Positions 18,316-29,008 are shown, counted from the stretch's first letter. The stretch is 64,000 bases of DNA from Opitutales bacterium (GCA_050331595.1 JBHJGQ010000006.1:1049-65048), one strand, 5' to 3'. The notes: generated by a model not told the origin, from the sequence alone. A program made the numbers and translations.

Positions 18316-19002
18316 CTACGCGTTGGGGCGGATGGATTCGCGGGCGGCTTCGCCGCCGTAGCGCACGTCTTCGCCGCTGAGCAGGAAGATAACCTCCTCG
18401 GCGATGTTCTTGGCGTGGTCGCCGATGCGCTCGAGGGAGCGGGCGACGAAAATCAGCTCGATGGCCTGGTCGCAGAGGTGCGGGTTGTCGACAATGACCT
18501 GCTTGTAATGCTCGCTGGTTTCGCGATTGAGCGCGTCGATCTCTTTGTCGCGCATGGGGATGGTGAGGGCCTTTTCCAGGTCCTCCTCGATGAAGCTGTC
18601 GAGCGCGTCGCGCAGCAGTTCCAGGCTCATCTCGGCCAGTTCGGGCAGGCGGTAGGTGCTTCGCGGGGGGTGGCTCAGGGAGAGGGCGCGGGCGCGTTTG
18701 GCGATGCCGGTGGCCTCGTCGCCGACGCGCTCCAAATCGTGCGAGGCTTTCATGGCGGTGGTGAGCAGACGCAGGTCGGAGGCGACCGGCGAGCGCAGGC
18801 TGATGTAGCGGATGGACTCGCGGTCGATGGTCAACTCCAGCGAGTCGACGGCGGCGTCCATGTCGATGACTTCGCTCGCCAGTTCGGCATCGGCTTTCAC
18901 GAGGGACTCGATGGCGAGGCGGGTGACTTCGATGGTCAGCTCACCCATGCGCACGAGGTTGGTGCGCAGGCTTTCGAGTTCGTTGTGGAAGTAGCGTCTC
19001 AC
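18316..19002 (-). CDS. phoU: Phosphate signalling complex protein PhoU
   Basis: PVASDLR, DLERVGD, LERIGDHAKNIAE. Confidence 0.97.
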   Translation of the reverse strand: MRRYFHNELESLRTNLVRMGELTIEVTRLAIESLVKADAELASEVIDMDAAVDSLELTIDRESIRYISLRSPVASDLRLLTTAMKASHDLERVGDEATGIAKRARALSLSHPPRSTYRLPELAEMSLELLRDALDSFIEEDLEKALTIPMRDKEIDALNRETSEHYKQVIVDNPHLCDQAIELIFVARSLERIGDHAKNIAEEVIFLLSGEDVRYGGEAARESIRPNA

Positions 19003-19064
19003 GGCGAGGTGGGCGTTGCGCTTGGGTTTGAGAGGTGATGGCTGGTTGGGAAGGCGGGATCGGG

Positions 19065-19919
19065 CTAGCCGAAGCGCCCGGAGACGTAGGCTTCGGTTTT
19101 CTCGTCCTGCGGGTTCATGAAAATGCGCTCGGTCTCGTTGTACTCAATGAGTTTACCCAGGAAGAAGAAGGCGGTGCGGTCGGAGACGCGCGCAGCCTGC
19201 TGCATGTTGTGGGTCACGATGACGATGGTGTAATTCTTCTTCAGCTCGTGGATGAGTTCCTCGACCTTGGCCGTGGCGATGGGGTCGAGCGCGCTGCAGG
19301 GTTCGTCCATCAAAATGATTTCTGGTGCGACCGCGAGGGACCGTGCAATACACAGGCGCTGCTGCTGCCCGCCGGAAAGGGACAGACCGCTTTCGTTGAG
19401 GCGGTCCTTGATCTCGTCCCAGAGGGCGGCCGCGCGCAGGCTCTTTTCGACGATGTCGTCCAGGTCGCTCTTTTTCTTCACGCCCTGGATGCGCAGGCCG
19501 TAGGCGACATTTTCATAGATGGACTTGGGGAAGGGGTTGCTCTTTTGGAAGACCATGCCCACGCGTTTGCGCAGCTCGATGACGTCGACGTTTTTGTCGT
19601 AGATGTCCACGCCCTTGATGCGGATGGCGCCGCCGCCGATGCTGGCCACGTCGATCAAGTCGTTCATGCGGTTGAGGCAGCGTAGCAGCGTGCTCTTGCC
19701 GCAGCCGGAGGGGCCGATGAAGGCGGTGACCAGGCCCTCTTGAATCTGCATGTCGATGGCGTGCAGCGCCTGTTTGGAGCCGTAAAAGAAATCCAGCTGG
19801 TCGACCTCGATGATGGTGCGCTGCGTTTCGGCGGGGTCGCTCGTGGACTGCTTGACCTCGAACGGGGCCTTGCCGGTCTCGGTTCGCGGTGTGGTGGGAT
19901 TAGCGGTCGTCTCGCTCAT
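19065..19919 (-). CDS. pstB: Phosphate ABC transporter ATPase
   Basis: [51 protein letters not shown]. Confidence 0.98.
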   Translation of the reverse strand: MSETTANPTTPRTETGKAPFEVKQSTSDPAETQRTIIEVDQLDFFYGSKQALHAIDMQIQEGLVTAFIGPSGCGKSTLLRCLNRMNDLIDVASIGGGAIRIKGVDIYDKNVDVIELRKRVGMVFQKSNPFPKSIYENVAYGLRIQGVKKKSDLDDIVEKSLRAAALWDEIKDRLNESGLSLSGGQQQRLCIARSLAVAPEIILMDEPCSALDPIATAKVEELIHELKKNYTIVIVTHNMQQAARVSDRTAFFFLGKLIEYNETERIFMNPQDEKTEAYVSGRFG

Positions 19920-20096
19920 CGGAGGTGCGTTCGTTGGCGGCGCAGGCAGCGGTTCAGGCCAAGGAGGTTATGGCGAGCTTGCCGGTTGGATGCCAGATCA
20001 CAACCGCACGCGTCGAAAATTCGCGGCTCATGGCTGCTGGGGTGCGGTTCGTTTGCGGTGACATTTGGGAAAGTTGGGTTGGGCGAGGCATGAGGC

Positions 20097-21731
20097 TTAC
20101 CAGCGGTAGAGTTTGCGCATGCGTACGCGCAGAAGAATGGAGGCCAGGGCAAAGCCGCCGACCAGCATGAGGAAGACAAAGCTGGCCCCGAACTGCATCG
20201 GCTCGGTGTAGACGGTGCGGTTGATCTGGAGGCTGACCACGTAGATATGATACGGCAGGGCCATCACCCCTTTGACGAAAAACTCCCACCAGTGCTCGCC
20301 TTGCCAGGGGAACTGGCTGGCGCGGGCGAAGGCGGCGGTATACATGATGGGCGCGGTTTCGCCGGCCACGCGGGTCAGGCCGAGGATCGAGGAAGTCAGG
20401 ATACCCGGCAGCGCGTAGGGCAGCACGTTGGTGCGGATGGATTGCCATTTCGTCGCACCCAGTGCCAGCGAGCCTTCGCGAAAGCCCATCGGCACGGCCC
20501 GCAGGGATTCCTCGCTGGCGGCGATCACGATGGGCAGGACCATGAAGGCCAGGGTGAAGCAGCCCGCCGTCAGCGAGACGCCCAGGTCCAGCGCGATGAC
20601 AAACATGCCGAAGCCGAAGATCCCAAAGACGATGGAGGGCACCCCGGCCAGGTTGAGCACGGAGAGACGGACCGTGTCCAGCAGTGTGCCCGCGCGGCTG
20701 TACTCGCTCAGGAAGATGGCGCAGAGCACGCCCAGGGTCAGCGCGATGGCCATCGCCCCGACCGAGAGCAGCAGTGTGCCGACGATGGGAAAAAGGATGC
20801 CGCCCCCGGCGTAGGAAAACGTCTGGCTGGTGATGGGCGTGTAATCTTGGTTGACCAGCCATTCTTCCCAGGCGCTTTGGCCCAGGGACTCGGACGTGCC
20901 GTCGAGCTCGAAGCGGTAGCTGACGACATTTTCCGAGACCAGGGCATAGAGGTCGGTTTCGCGCTCGGCCAGGTGCGCCTCAAGCTCGGCCAGCGGGACG
21001 ATGAAATCGGGTTCGCGTGCGGCTGGCGCGGAGGCGTTGGCGGGTGCGTCGAGTTTGTCCGGGTCCTCGGCCGCGGGCAATTCGCTGGGCGGGCTGTAGG
21101 CCAGGCGTACGTTGGTCAGGCCGTCCAGTTCGCTAAAATAGGCCCAGCGCGCGTTGAAGCTGTAGAGGCGAAAGAGCGAGTCGCCCAGCTGGTTCATCAC
21201 CTGGTAGCGCACGGGGGCTTCGCGCTGGAGGTCGCCGAAAGTGGCGCCGGTCTCCTCGAGCAGTTCCTCGAGTTCGGGCCGGGTCATGGTTTCGGACTGG
21301 CCCTGCCAGGTGAAGTCGAAGGCGAGGTTGCGGCGTCCGTCATCCGCGTCGAAGGGCTCCAGCGTTTGCCGGGTAAAGTTGGAGAGCTGGCTGAGGGTGG
21401 AGACGTTGCCGGGCACCTCACCCTGGGCAATGGGGAAGACGTGCAGCGTTTCCGGCGAGGTGGCCAGGAAGGTGTTGGTGAAGTAGGGGAAGGTGTCGGT
21501 CGTTTTGAAGGAGCCAAAGACGACCGGAGCGCCGCGCCAGGCGATCATCAGGAAGATGGTGGCGGCGGCCAGGATGATGCCGTAGGTGGCCAGCCGGAAG
21601 ATGTTCAAGGCGATCTGCTCCTGCACCTTGGCCTTGGTGACCTGCTTGCCAAAGGGGTTGCCGCCCGGCGGCACGGTTTCGTGCTTGGGCTTTGGCGGCT
21701 CCGGGGGCGCGGTGGTGGTGGTCTCGCTCAT
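20097..21731 (-). CDS. pstA: Phosphate ABC transporter permease PstA with large extracytoplasmic insertion
   Basis: [33 protein letters not shown]. Confidence 0.95.
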   Translation of the reverse strand: MSETTTTAPPEPPKPKHETVPPGGNPFGKQVTKAKVQEQIALNIFRLATYGIILAAATIFLMIAWRGAPVVFGSFKTTDTFPYFTNTFLATSPETLHVFPIAQGEVPGNVSTLSQLSNFTRQTLEPFDADDGRRNLAFDFTWQGQSETMTRPELEELLEETGATFGDLQREAPVRYQVMNQLGDSLFRLYSFNARWAYFSELDGLTNVRLAYSPPSELPAAEDPDKLDAPANASAPAAREPDFIVPLAELEAHLAERETDLYALVSENVVSYRFELDGTSESLGQSAWEEWLVNQDYTPITSQTFSYAGGGILFPIVGTLLLSVGAMAIALTLGVLCAIFLSEYSRAGTLLDTVRLSVLNLAGVPSIVFGIFGFGMFVIALDLGVSLTAGCFTLAFMVLPIVIAASEESLRAVPMGFREGSLALGATKWQSIRTNVLPYALPGILTSSILGLTRVAGETAPIMYTAAFARASQFPWQGEHWWEFFVKGVMALPYHIYVVSLQINRTVYTEPMQFGASFVFLMLVGGFALASILLRVRMRKLYRW

Positions 21732-21752
21732 GGGCTGGAATCCAGGGTGGCG

Positions 21753-23555
21753 CTAGACGCGCTCGAAGCGTCGCAGGACGCGCTGGGCGGTGAAGTTGAT
21801 GGCCAGCGAGACAAAGAAAAGGACCAGCCCCACGCAGAAAAGCGCGCGGTAATGGATTTCGCCGGTCTTGGCCTCGCCCAGCCCGCCGGCGATGGAGCCG
21901 GTCATGGTGTGCACGGGCTCAAAGATGGCCCCGAGACCTTCGGTGGTGAAGCTGGGCACTTCCGGGCGATTGCCGGCAACCAGCAGCACGACCATGGTCT
22001 CGCCGATGACGCGCCCGAAGCCGAGCAGGACCGCGGAAATGATGCCCGAGAGTGCGGTCGGTACGATCACGCGCAGGGCCGTTTGCCAGCGGGTGGCACC
22101 CATGGCGAAGGAGGCTTCCTTGAAGGCGCCGGGCACGTTGTTGAGTGCGTCCTCGGCCAGCGAGAAAATGGTCGGCACGGCCATCAGCGCCAGCAGTGAG
22201 CCGGCGGTAAAGGCGTTCAGGCGCGCCTCGACCGGAAAAAAGGGTAGCCAGCTCAGCGCGGGGTGCTGCGAGAGGTCCACGATGACCGTACTCCAGATGA
22301 CGATGCCGAAGAAGCCGAGCACCACCGACGGGAATGCGCTGATGAACTCGACGGCGGGTTTAAGCAGTTCGCGCTCGGTTCGGGCCGAGAACTGATTGAC
22401 GTAGATGGCCATGCCGATGCCGAAGGGCACAGCCAAAAACAGCGCGATGGTCGAGATGAGCAGTGAGCCCGTAAACAGCGGCAGGAGCCCGTAAAAGGAT
22501 TGAAAGGCGCTGCCGGTATTCCAATCACTGCCAAAGAGGAAGTACCACAACGAAGCACCCCAGCTGTAGCCCTCCTCGGGGTCCCAGTCGGCCATGGCGG
22601 CCTCGCGCTCGCGGGTTTCCTCGATGAAGCTTTCGAGCTTCTCGCCAATCTCCTCAAAGCGTGCCTGAATCTCGGGTGAGGGCAGGGTGGGTGCGTTGGC
22701 CAGGGCGGCTTCGGCGCCCTCAATCAGGTCCGCGTTGATCTGCTGAAAGCGGGGAAAGTCCTCGCGCAGTTCCTCGACCGTTGCGGCCAGGTCGACCTCG
22801 ACGATGACGATGCTGTCGAGTTCGGCTTGGGCCTCGGCGATGCGGCGTTCGAGTTGCTCGGCCTCCAGCTCCAGTTCGAGGGCTTTCGCGGAGTTACCCT
22901 CGAGGTTTTCGTTGAAATCGACCAGTCGGTCTTTGAGCTCGGTTTTTTCGCCGCGCAGGCGCTCCAGCGAGCGATTGAGCCCGGCGACGCGTTTGCGCTG
23001 CGTTTGGGAAACCAGCCACTGGTCGCGGGCGGAGCGTGCCTGACCCTGCCACTGCACCTGGAGGTCGGTCAGCGGGCGGCCCAGGTCGGCCAGGTCGAAG
23101 AACCAGCCGCGGTCGTCGAAGGAGTAGCGCGCGTCGACGTAGTCCCACTCGGCGTCTTCGAGATCGCGCAGGGAGGCGTCGGCATACTCGGCTTTGGTGG
23201 CTTCGTTTTGGCGAAAGTCCTCGGCCAGGGCTTCGAGCTGGGCGATGTCCAAGGCGGAGGCCTCGCGGGAGAGTTCCACGAAGTCATCGTTCTGCTCGAT
23301 GACGAAGTTGACGTACTCCAGCCCGGCTTCGCGGTAGAGGCGCAGCTCACGTTCGTGCAGATCAAAAAAGGCCAGCCCCTCGCGAAAGAGGAAGATGGTG
23401 ATCAGTGCCAGCACGATCAGCGCGACGAACGCGTTACCGCCGAAGAAGGCCTTGATTAGCCGGTCTTTTTCGAAGCGGGCAAACACGCCGCTTCTGGGCT
23501 GCACCAGGGCTTTCTCAAGCGGCTGTTCGTCGCGGTTGCCGGGCGTTGGAGACAT
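21753..23555 (-). CDS. pstC: Phosphate ABC transporter permease PstC with large coiled-coil insertion
   Basis: FPSVVLGFFG, EASFAMGATRWQT, GRVIGETMVV. Confidence 0.95.
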   Translation of the reverse strand: MSPTPGNRDEQPLEKALVQPRSGVFARFEKDRLIKAFFGGNAFVALIVLALITIFLFREGLAFFDLHERELRLYREAGLEYVNFVIEQNDDFVELSREASALDIAQLEALAEDFRQNEATKAEYADASLRDLEDAEWDYVDARYSFDDRGWFFDLADLGRPLTDLQVQWQGQARSARDQWLVSQTQRKRVAGLNRSLERLRGEKTELKDRLVDFNENLEGNSAKALELELEAEQLERRIAEAQAELDSIVIVEVDLAATVEELREDFPRFQQINADLIEGAEAALANAPTLPSPEIQARFEEIGEKLESFIEETREREAAMADWDPEEGYSWGASLWYFLFGSDWNTGSAFQSFYGLLPLFTGSLLISTIALFLAVPFGIGMAIYVNQFSARTERELLKPAVEFISAFPSVVLGFFGIVIWSTVIVDLSQHPALSWLPFFPVEARLNAFTAGSLLALMAVPTIFSLAEDALNNVPGAFKEASFAMGATRWQTALRVIVPTALSGIISAVLLGFGRVIGETMVVLLVAGNRPEVPSFTTEGLGAIFEPVHTMTGSIAGGLGEAKTGEIHYRALFCVGLVLFFVSLAINFTAQRVLRRFERV

Positions 23556-23641
23556 GGGAAGGGAGAGGCGAAGGCACAGGGGGCGGGACGGGGGACCCGC
23601 GAGAAGGGTTGGCGGACGGGGCAGAGGGCCGCCGGCCGGCA

Positions 23642-24649
23642 TCAATACAAAGGGAGGAAACCGGACTTGCGCACAATGGCCTGTCCCTTCGGGCTCAAGG
23701 TGAAACCGATGAAAAGGTTGGTCATGTCGCTGGGCTCGTTGGGAATGTAGTAAAACAGCGGGCGGCGGATCGGGTAGTCCGGGTCATTGGGCAGCATGCC
23801 GTCGACCGCCACCACTTTCAGCCCGCTCTTTTCGATGAAGGCCAGCCCGACGTAGCCCACGCCGCGCCGGTTGTTGGAGACCTCCTCGGCAATCTGCTCG
23901 TTGCCCTTCATCTCCTGGCGATTGCCTCCATAGTCCTGCCCGCGCAGGGCCATGTCCTGAAATTCCTTGAAGGTGCCCGAGGCGGAGTCGCGTGTGTAGA
24001 CCGAAACCGGACCCGGCCGCAGGCCGCGCACGCGCAACTGGCCCCAGTCGCGAATGTTGCCGGTGAACAGCTCCTCGACCTGTTTGGCGGTGAGGTTGTC
24101 GATGGGCGAGTCCTCGTTGACGACGATGGCGATGCTGTCGTAGGCCACGGCGACCTCGCGCACGCGTATGCCGCGCTCGTTGGCCTTGACCACTTCGCCG
24201 TCGCTGATGTGGCGGCTGGACATGGCGATGTCGGCCTCGTTGTCGAGCATGGCGTTGATGCCCGTGCCCGAACCCTCGGCCGCAATTTCAGGGCTCACTG
24301 CCACGCCAAAACGCCGCAGTTCGACCTCAAACTCTTCCATCAGGCTGGGCACCATCTTCGCCCCCAGGGTGTTGGAGCCCTTGATGACGATGCGCTGATC
24401 CTGAGCCACGCGACGCTCGGGTGGCGGCTCGGCGACGGGCGGCGGGGTGGGCGTGCGCGTTTCGTCGACGAGCTCGGTCTGCGTATCCGTCGGGGGCGCG
24501 GGCGTTTCCCGAACCGTTTCCTCTGGAGTGGGCGCGTCGTTGTCGGAAGTGACCAAAAGGGCGAAACCGGCGATCAACACCGCACCCAGTCCGATGGTGG
24601 CGACGGCGGTTTTCCACTTTTGCATGGTGGGGGTCAGATGATTCTGCAT
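23642..24649 (-). CDS. pstS: Phosphate ABC transporter substrate-binding protein (start uncertain)
   Basis: IKGSNT, GSGTGI, DIAMSSR, RDSASGT, GYVG, YPIRRPLF. Confidence 0.93.
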   Translation of the reverse strand: MQNHLTPTMQKWKTAVATIGLGAVLIAGFALLVTSDNDAPTPEETVRETPAPPTDTQTELVDETRTPTPPPVAEPPPERRVAQDQRIVIKGSNTLGAKMVPSLMEEFEVELRRFGVAVSPEIAAEGSGTGINAMLDNEADIAMSSRHISDGEVVKANERGIRVREVAVAYDSIAIVVNEDSPIDNLTAKQVEELFTGNIRDWGQLRVRGLRPGPVSVYTRDSASGTFKEFQDMALRGQDYGGNRQEMKGNEQIAEEVSNNRRGVGYVGLAFIEKSGLKVVAVDGMLPNDPDYPIRRPLFYYIPNEPSDMTNLFIGFTLSPKGQAIVRKSGFLPLY

Positions 24650-24677
24650 TTTCACGCGAATCAGTCAGAATAACAGC

Positions 24678-24710
24678 CCTATGTGACGCAAACGTGAAGT
24701 AGATGTAACA
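24678..24710 (-). promoter_or_regulatory. Pho box-like site, three 11-bp direct repeats
   Basis: Minus strand TGTTACATCTA CTTCACGTTTG CGTCACATAGG, just upstream of pstS. Confidence 0.75.
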
Positions 24711-24733
24711 ATCCACGTTGCTTAACGCAGGGT

Positions 24734-27352
24734 TCAGCTTGGGGCCACTGGGGGTTCGCTGCCCTGCGGGGCCAAGGCGATCAACTCGTCGAGCGAGGCG
24801 AAGAAGCCGGCCCAGTCCTCGTTGCGACCCTCTTCGACCAGCCGGTCGTACAGCGCGCGCTTCTCGTTTTTGAGGCGCTGGATGCGTTCTTCGAGCGTGC
24901 CGTGCGCGATCAGGCGGTAGACGAAGACGCTCTTTTTCTGGCCGATGCGGTGAACGCGGTCGATGGCTTGCTCTTCCACAGCGGGGTTCCACCACGGGTC
25001 CATCAGGAAAACATAGTCGGCGGCGGTCAGGGTGATGCCGGTACCACCAGCGCGCAGGCTGACGAGGAAGAGGCCAGCCGAGCGGGTGCGCTGGAACTGC
25101 TTGACCGGCGTGGCGCGGTCGGTGGTTTTGCCGGTCAGCTCGAACAGGGGTAGATTGGGGAAGCGCGTCTGCAACTCCGGACGCAGTCGCCGCAGCAGCT
25201 GCACGAACTGGCTGAAGATGACGGCTTTTCCGCCGTTGCTGACAACCTCGTCGAGCTTGGTCAGCAGCGCGCCGATTTTGCCGCTGTGCTCCACGCCGGT
25301 TTCAACCCAGGGCAGCAGACCCGGATCGCAACAGATTTGCCGCAGGCGCGTGAGTAGGGTGAACAGGCCAATGGTGTTATCGCGGGCGGCCTGCTTCACG
25401 TCGTTGCCGAGGCGAGTGCGGCCTTCCTCCACCAGGCGCTTATACTCGGCGCGCTGGCGATCGGTCAGCGGGCAGGCCAGCTCCATGACGACCTTGGGCG
25501 GCAACTCGGCGGCGACTTGCTTTTTGGTGCGGCGAAGCATGAAGGGGTTGATTTGCTGGCGCAGGCGCTCGAGGGCGGCGTCGCGGTCGGTGTCCAACGC
25601 GCGTTCAAAGCGCCGGCGCGTGCCCAGCAGGCCCGGCATCAAAAAGCGAAAGAGCGTCCACAGGTCCGACGGGCGGTTTTCCACGGGCGTGCCGGTCAAG
25701 GCGATGCGGCGCTCGGCTTTCAGGCCGATGCAGGCCTGGCTGACCTTGGCCTCGGGGTTCTTGATCGTTTGTGCCTCGTCGAGGATGGCGTAACCGAATT
25801 CGGTCGCGGGCAAGAGGTGCTTGTGCCGGCGCAGCTGCGTGTAGCTGGAGAGCCACAGACGCGCTTCGGGCCGGTGGGTGAAGTCGTTGCCCGAGCGCAA
25901 CACTTCGACTTGCGCGCGCATCTGCGGAAAGAAGCGCTCCATTTCCTGTAGCCAGACGGGCACAACGCTGGCCGGGCAGACGACCAGGGCGGGCTTTTCC
26001 AGTGTTTCTTCGGCGGCCAGCAAGGAAAGCACCTGCAGCGTTTTGCCCAGGCCCATCTCGTCGGCCAGCAGGGCGCCGCAGTGGTTTTGGCTAAGGTGCC
26101 GCAACCAACTCGCTCCCAGGCGCTGGTAGTCGCGCAGAAGTTCGGGCAGGCCGTCGCTCTGCGCAGGCGCCTGGGTGAGCCGATCCCGCCATTGTCGCAA
26201 GGGATCGGACAGCGCGATGCTCACCGCGTCGCGGGCAAAGAGGGAGAAGAGCATGTAGCGCGGGGGTTCGCCCTGTTCAAAAATCTCGCGCAGATCGTTG
26301 AGGACATCGGCCTGCGGGCGCTTCAGCCGGGCCAGCCCGCGACCGGGAAGCAGCACCATCTCGCCGTCTTGCTGGAGCAGGCGCTGGGTCTCCTCGCTGG
26401 AAAGGCTTTGGTCGCCCAGGCGCAGATCCCAGGACACGCGCAATTGATCGCCCTGGCCCTGGTCCAGAAGCCCTTCGACCGACACGTCCTGCACGCCGCG
26501 GTCGATCAGGTACAGGTCGTCGGGCACCTCCAGGGTGAAGTACTTCTCAAAGTCCGGCAGGTCCTGACGCACGAAGCCGCCCAGCCGTGTCAGGTCTTCC
26601 ATCCGGTAGACCGATTGGTCGGCGTCGAAACGGAAGCCGGCCTTGTGGGCCTTACGGGTGAGGCGGATGAGGCGCTCGCGCTCCTGTACGGCGAGGTCTT
26701 CGCCACGGACGCTGCTGGCCCCGTACGCCGGGCGCTCGCCGCCGTTGAAGCCGGGCAGGGGCTGCCAGAAGGCGCGCAGCAGCAGGCCGCTGGTTTCGAG
26801 CTTCAGCCGCAGAACGAGTTGGCGGGTGGGCTCGGCGGTCTCGGTCGAGGCGGCGTCCGTGGCGGTTGGGTCGGTGGCGGCTGTAGTACCGTTGGCGGGG
26901 GGAGAGGCCGCGGTGTTGGTGGGGTTGCCCTTCGCCTCGGGCGAGCCAGGGGAATCCCGCTCCGCTTCGCCATGATCGGCGGCACCGTTGGTCGCGGGCG
27001 AGTTGTCCAGATCGAGTCCATCGACCTCGTCGGCGACCAGTTCCTCGATCTCGTACAACCCGGCGGCGGCCAGTGAATGGCCCCGACGTGTTTCCTGCGT
27101 GGAAGAGCGCACGCGCAGCGCGCCCTCTTCCCAGTTCATGAGGGCGTAGCAGTCTTCCTGTTCGAAGCGTCCGTGGACGATGGCGTCGCTCTCGCCCAAT
27201 TCGATCGAGCGAATCTCGCCCTCGCGGTAGAGCCGGCGACCCTCCTCAAGTTCCTCCGCTGAGAAACGTGACTCCCAGTCCAAGGTCAACTGGGTGAACC
27301 ATTCGCGCAGGGCGCGGGCGGTGTAGGTCCGCTTTGGACTGCGTAAATCCAT
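24734..27352 (-). CDS. SNF2-family (HepA/SWF-SNF) helicase
   Basis: LADEMGLGKT, LDEAQTIKN, LTGTPVEN, LRRTK, FSQF, SLRAGGTGITLT, DPWWNPAVEEQAIDRVHRIGQ. Confidence 0.96.
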   Translation of the reverse strand: MDLRSPKRTYTARALREWFTQLTLDWESRFSAEELEEGRRLYREGEIRSIELGESDAIVHGRFEQEDCYALMNWEEGALRVRSSTQETRRGHSLAAAGLYEIEELVADEVDGLDLDNSPATNGAADHGEAERDSPGSPEAKGNPTNTAASPPANGTTAATDPTATDAASTETAEPTRQLVLRLKLETSGLLLRAFWQPLPGFNGGERPAYGASSVRGEDLAVQERERLIRLTRKAHKAGFRFDADQSVYRMEDLTRLGGFVRQDLPDFEKYFTLEVPDDLYLIDRGVQDVSVEGLLDQGQGDQLRVSWDLRLGDQSLSSEETQRLLQQDGEMVLLPGRGLARLKRPQADVLNDLREIFEQGEPPRYMLFSLFARDAVSIALSDPLRQWRDRLTQAPAQSDGLPELLRDYQRLGASWLRHLSQNHCGALLADEMGLGKTLQVLSLLAAEETLEKPALVVCPASVVPVWLQEMERFFPQMRAQVEVLRSGNDFTHRPEARLWLSSYTQLRRHKHLLPATEFGYAILDEAQTIKNPEAKVSQACIGLKAERRIALTGTPVENRPSDLWTLFRFLMPGLLGTRRRFERALDTDRDAALERLRQQINPFMLRRTKKQVAAELPPKVVMELACPLTDRQRAEYKRLVEEGRTRLGNDVKQAARDNTIGLFTLLTRLRQICCDPGLLPWVETGVEHSGKIGALLTKLDEVVSNGGKAVIFSQFVQLLRRLRPELQTRFPNLPLFELTGKTTDRATPVKQFQRTRSAGLFLVSLRAGGTGITLTAADYVFLMDPWWNPAVEEQAIDRVHRIGQKKSVFVYRLIAHGTLEERIQRLKNEKRALYDRLVEEGRNEDWAGFFASLDELIALAPQGSEPPVAPS

Positions 27353-27474
27353 TGGGTAGGCAGCCAGAGCCGCGAGCCGATGGGCGCGCGCTGGATGGCG
27401 TCGGATGAAGCCTAATAAAACACCAGGGAGGCCACCCTGAGGCAAGCCGTTTTGGGACGCCGCCCCACGTGCGC

Positions 27475-27711
27475 TCAGTTGTCCGGGGCGTTGTTCTGCT
27501 GAACCGGGTCAGAGGGATACTTCATGCCGGTCATCGTGAGCCGGGGCCGCGAGCAGCTGTAACCCTCGTCATCGAAGACGATCACCCAGGTGCCCTAGGG
27601 CGCGATGCGGCTAGGGTCACGCGTAGGCACACGGTATTCGTTGCCGTTGACCATCATCAGCGTGAACGGCCTTCCAGAGTCGATCGCGGTGCGCCGTTGG
27701 TCCGCGGTCAT
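27475..27711 (-). pseudogene. Small hypothetical gene interrupted by an in-frame TAG
   Basis: MTADQRRTAIDSGRPFTLMMVNGNEYRVPTRDPSRIAP*GTWVIVFDDEG...LTMTGMKY. TAG at 27595-27597. Confidence 0.55.
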
Positions 27712-27767
27712 TGAGTGGATCGCTACAGGCTCGCGCGGGGACTCGCAAGGCGTTTGGGTTTGCGTCC

Positions 27768-28190
27768 GTGGCTGTGCACATCGAACACCTGCAACTTCGC
27801 ACCCAGGGCAAGGGCACCTACGAATTCACGGCGCAGGTGGAGCGCGCCCTGCGCTCGCTGGATTTGGAGAAGGGCACGGTTACGCTCTTCTGCCAACACA
27901 CCAGCGCGAGTCTGGTCCTGATGGAGAACGCCGACCCAACCGCCCGGAGCGACCTGGAGCGTTTTCTCGACCACCTCGTGCCTGAAGTTGGCGCCATCGA
28001 CTACGCGCACACCCAGGAGGGGCCCGACGACATGACCAGCCACATCAAAATGGCGCTGATGCGAACCAGCGAGGTCATCCCGTTCGAACGGAGTCGCTTG
28101 TTGCTGGGCACTTGGCAGGGGATTTTTCTGTGGGAGCACCGCGTGGCCCCACGCACGCGCACCGTCGTGCTCACCTTCCAGGGGGACTGA
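27768..28190 (+). CDS. yjbQ: YjbQ family (secondary thiamine-phosphate synthase, UPF0047)
   Basis: FCQHTSASL..ENADP, HTQEGPDDMTSHIK, LGTWQGIFLWEHR. Confidence 0.93.
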   Translation: MAVHIEHLQLRTQGKGTYEFTAQVERALRSLDLEKGTVTLFCQHTSASLVLMENADPTARSDLERFLDHLVPEVGAIDYAHTQEGPDDMTSHIKMALMRTSEVIPFERSRLLLGTWQGIFLWEHRVAPRTRTVVLTFQGD

Positions 28191-28390
28191 ACTGAAGGTG
28201 CCTACACGCTTTTGACAGCCCTTTTACACCGGCGGGCGGCAGGCTTGAGGACAGGGTCAGGTGTAGGCCAGAGGCCGGGGTGGAAATGCCTGTAAAATGA
28301 AAAGGCTTTCTCCCATCGCTTTTACGCCGATGTAGAGCGCGGATACGCTGGCGGCTGGTTCACCCATCATCGAATCATCCGTTATGAGCC

Positions 28391-28927
28391 ATGAAACATC
28401 ATACCCCCTCCGCGTTCAAAATGGCGCGGGCCCGCCTAAATCTTCCAGCGCAGGTCCGTTCCAATAACCGCGTGCAGCGCCGACCGGCCTTCACGCTGGT
28501 GGAAATCATGATCGTGGTGGTCATCATTGGCCTTCTTGCCGCCATTGCGATCCCCACCTTCCAGCAAATCCGCCGCGAATCGCGGGCGGCCACCTTTGTG
28601 GCCGACCTGCGCGTCTTCCGAGACGCCCTCGACGTCTACCTGACCGGTGCCGAAGACTACCCGGTGGACTCCGGCTCGGGCAACTTCCCACCGGAGCTCG
28701 CCGGCTTCGTCAATTCCGACCTCTGGACCCGTGAAACGCCGATTGGCGGTGATTGGGATCTGGAGGTCCTCGACACCGGTATCACCGTCGCTGTCGGCGT
28801 CCACAACTTCGGGCCCGACACCGAGATGATGCAGATCGTCGACGACAAAATGGACGACGGTAACCTCAACACGGGTCGGCTTCGTCTGATCGATACCGAC
28901 CGGTACTACTGGGTCATCGAAGAGTAG
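28391..28927 (+). CDS. Type IV pilin / type II secretion pseudopilin-like protein
   Basis: Class III signal RRPA^FTLVEIMIVVVIIGLLAAIAIPTF. Confidence 0.9.
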   Translation: MKHHTPSAFKMARARLNLPAQVRSNNRVQRRPAFTLVEIMIVVVIIGLLAAIAIPTFQQIRRESRAATFVADLRVFRDALDVYLTGAEDYPVDSGSGNFPPELAGFVNSDLWTRETPIGGDWDLEVLDTGITVAVGVHNFGPDTEMMQIVDDKMDDGNLNTGRLRLIDTDRYYWVIEE

Positions 28928-29008
28928 CCTCCTCCGGGCCGAGCACCTTTCTTGCCGCGCGTATCGCAAGCTTGAGTCGCCTGTGCGCTCCAGCTTAGAA
29001 ACGCGTCC

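Noticed and set aside
20045-20080. Second Pho box between pstA and pstB
   Set aside because: Only one convincing GTCAC half-site.
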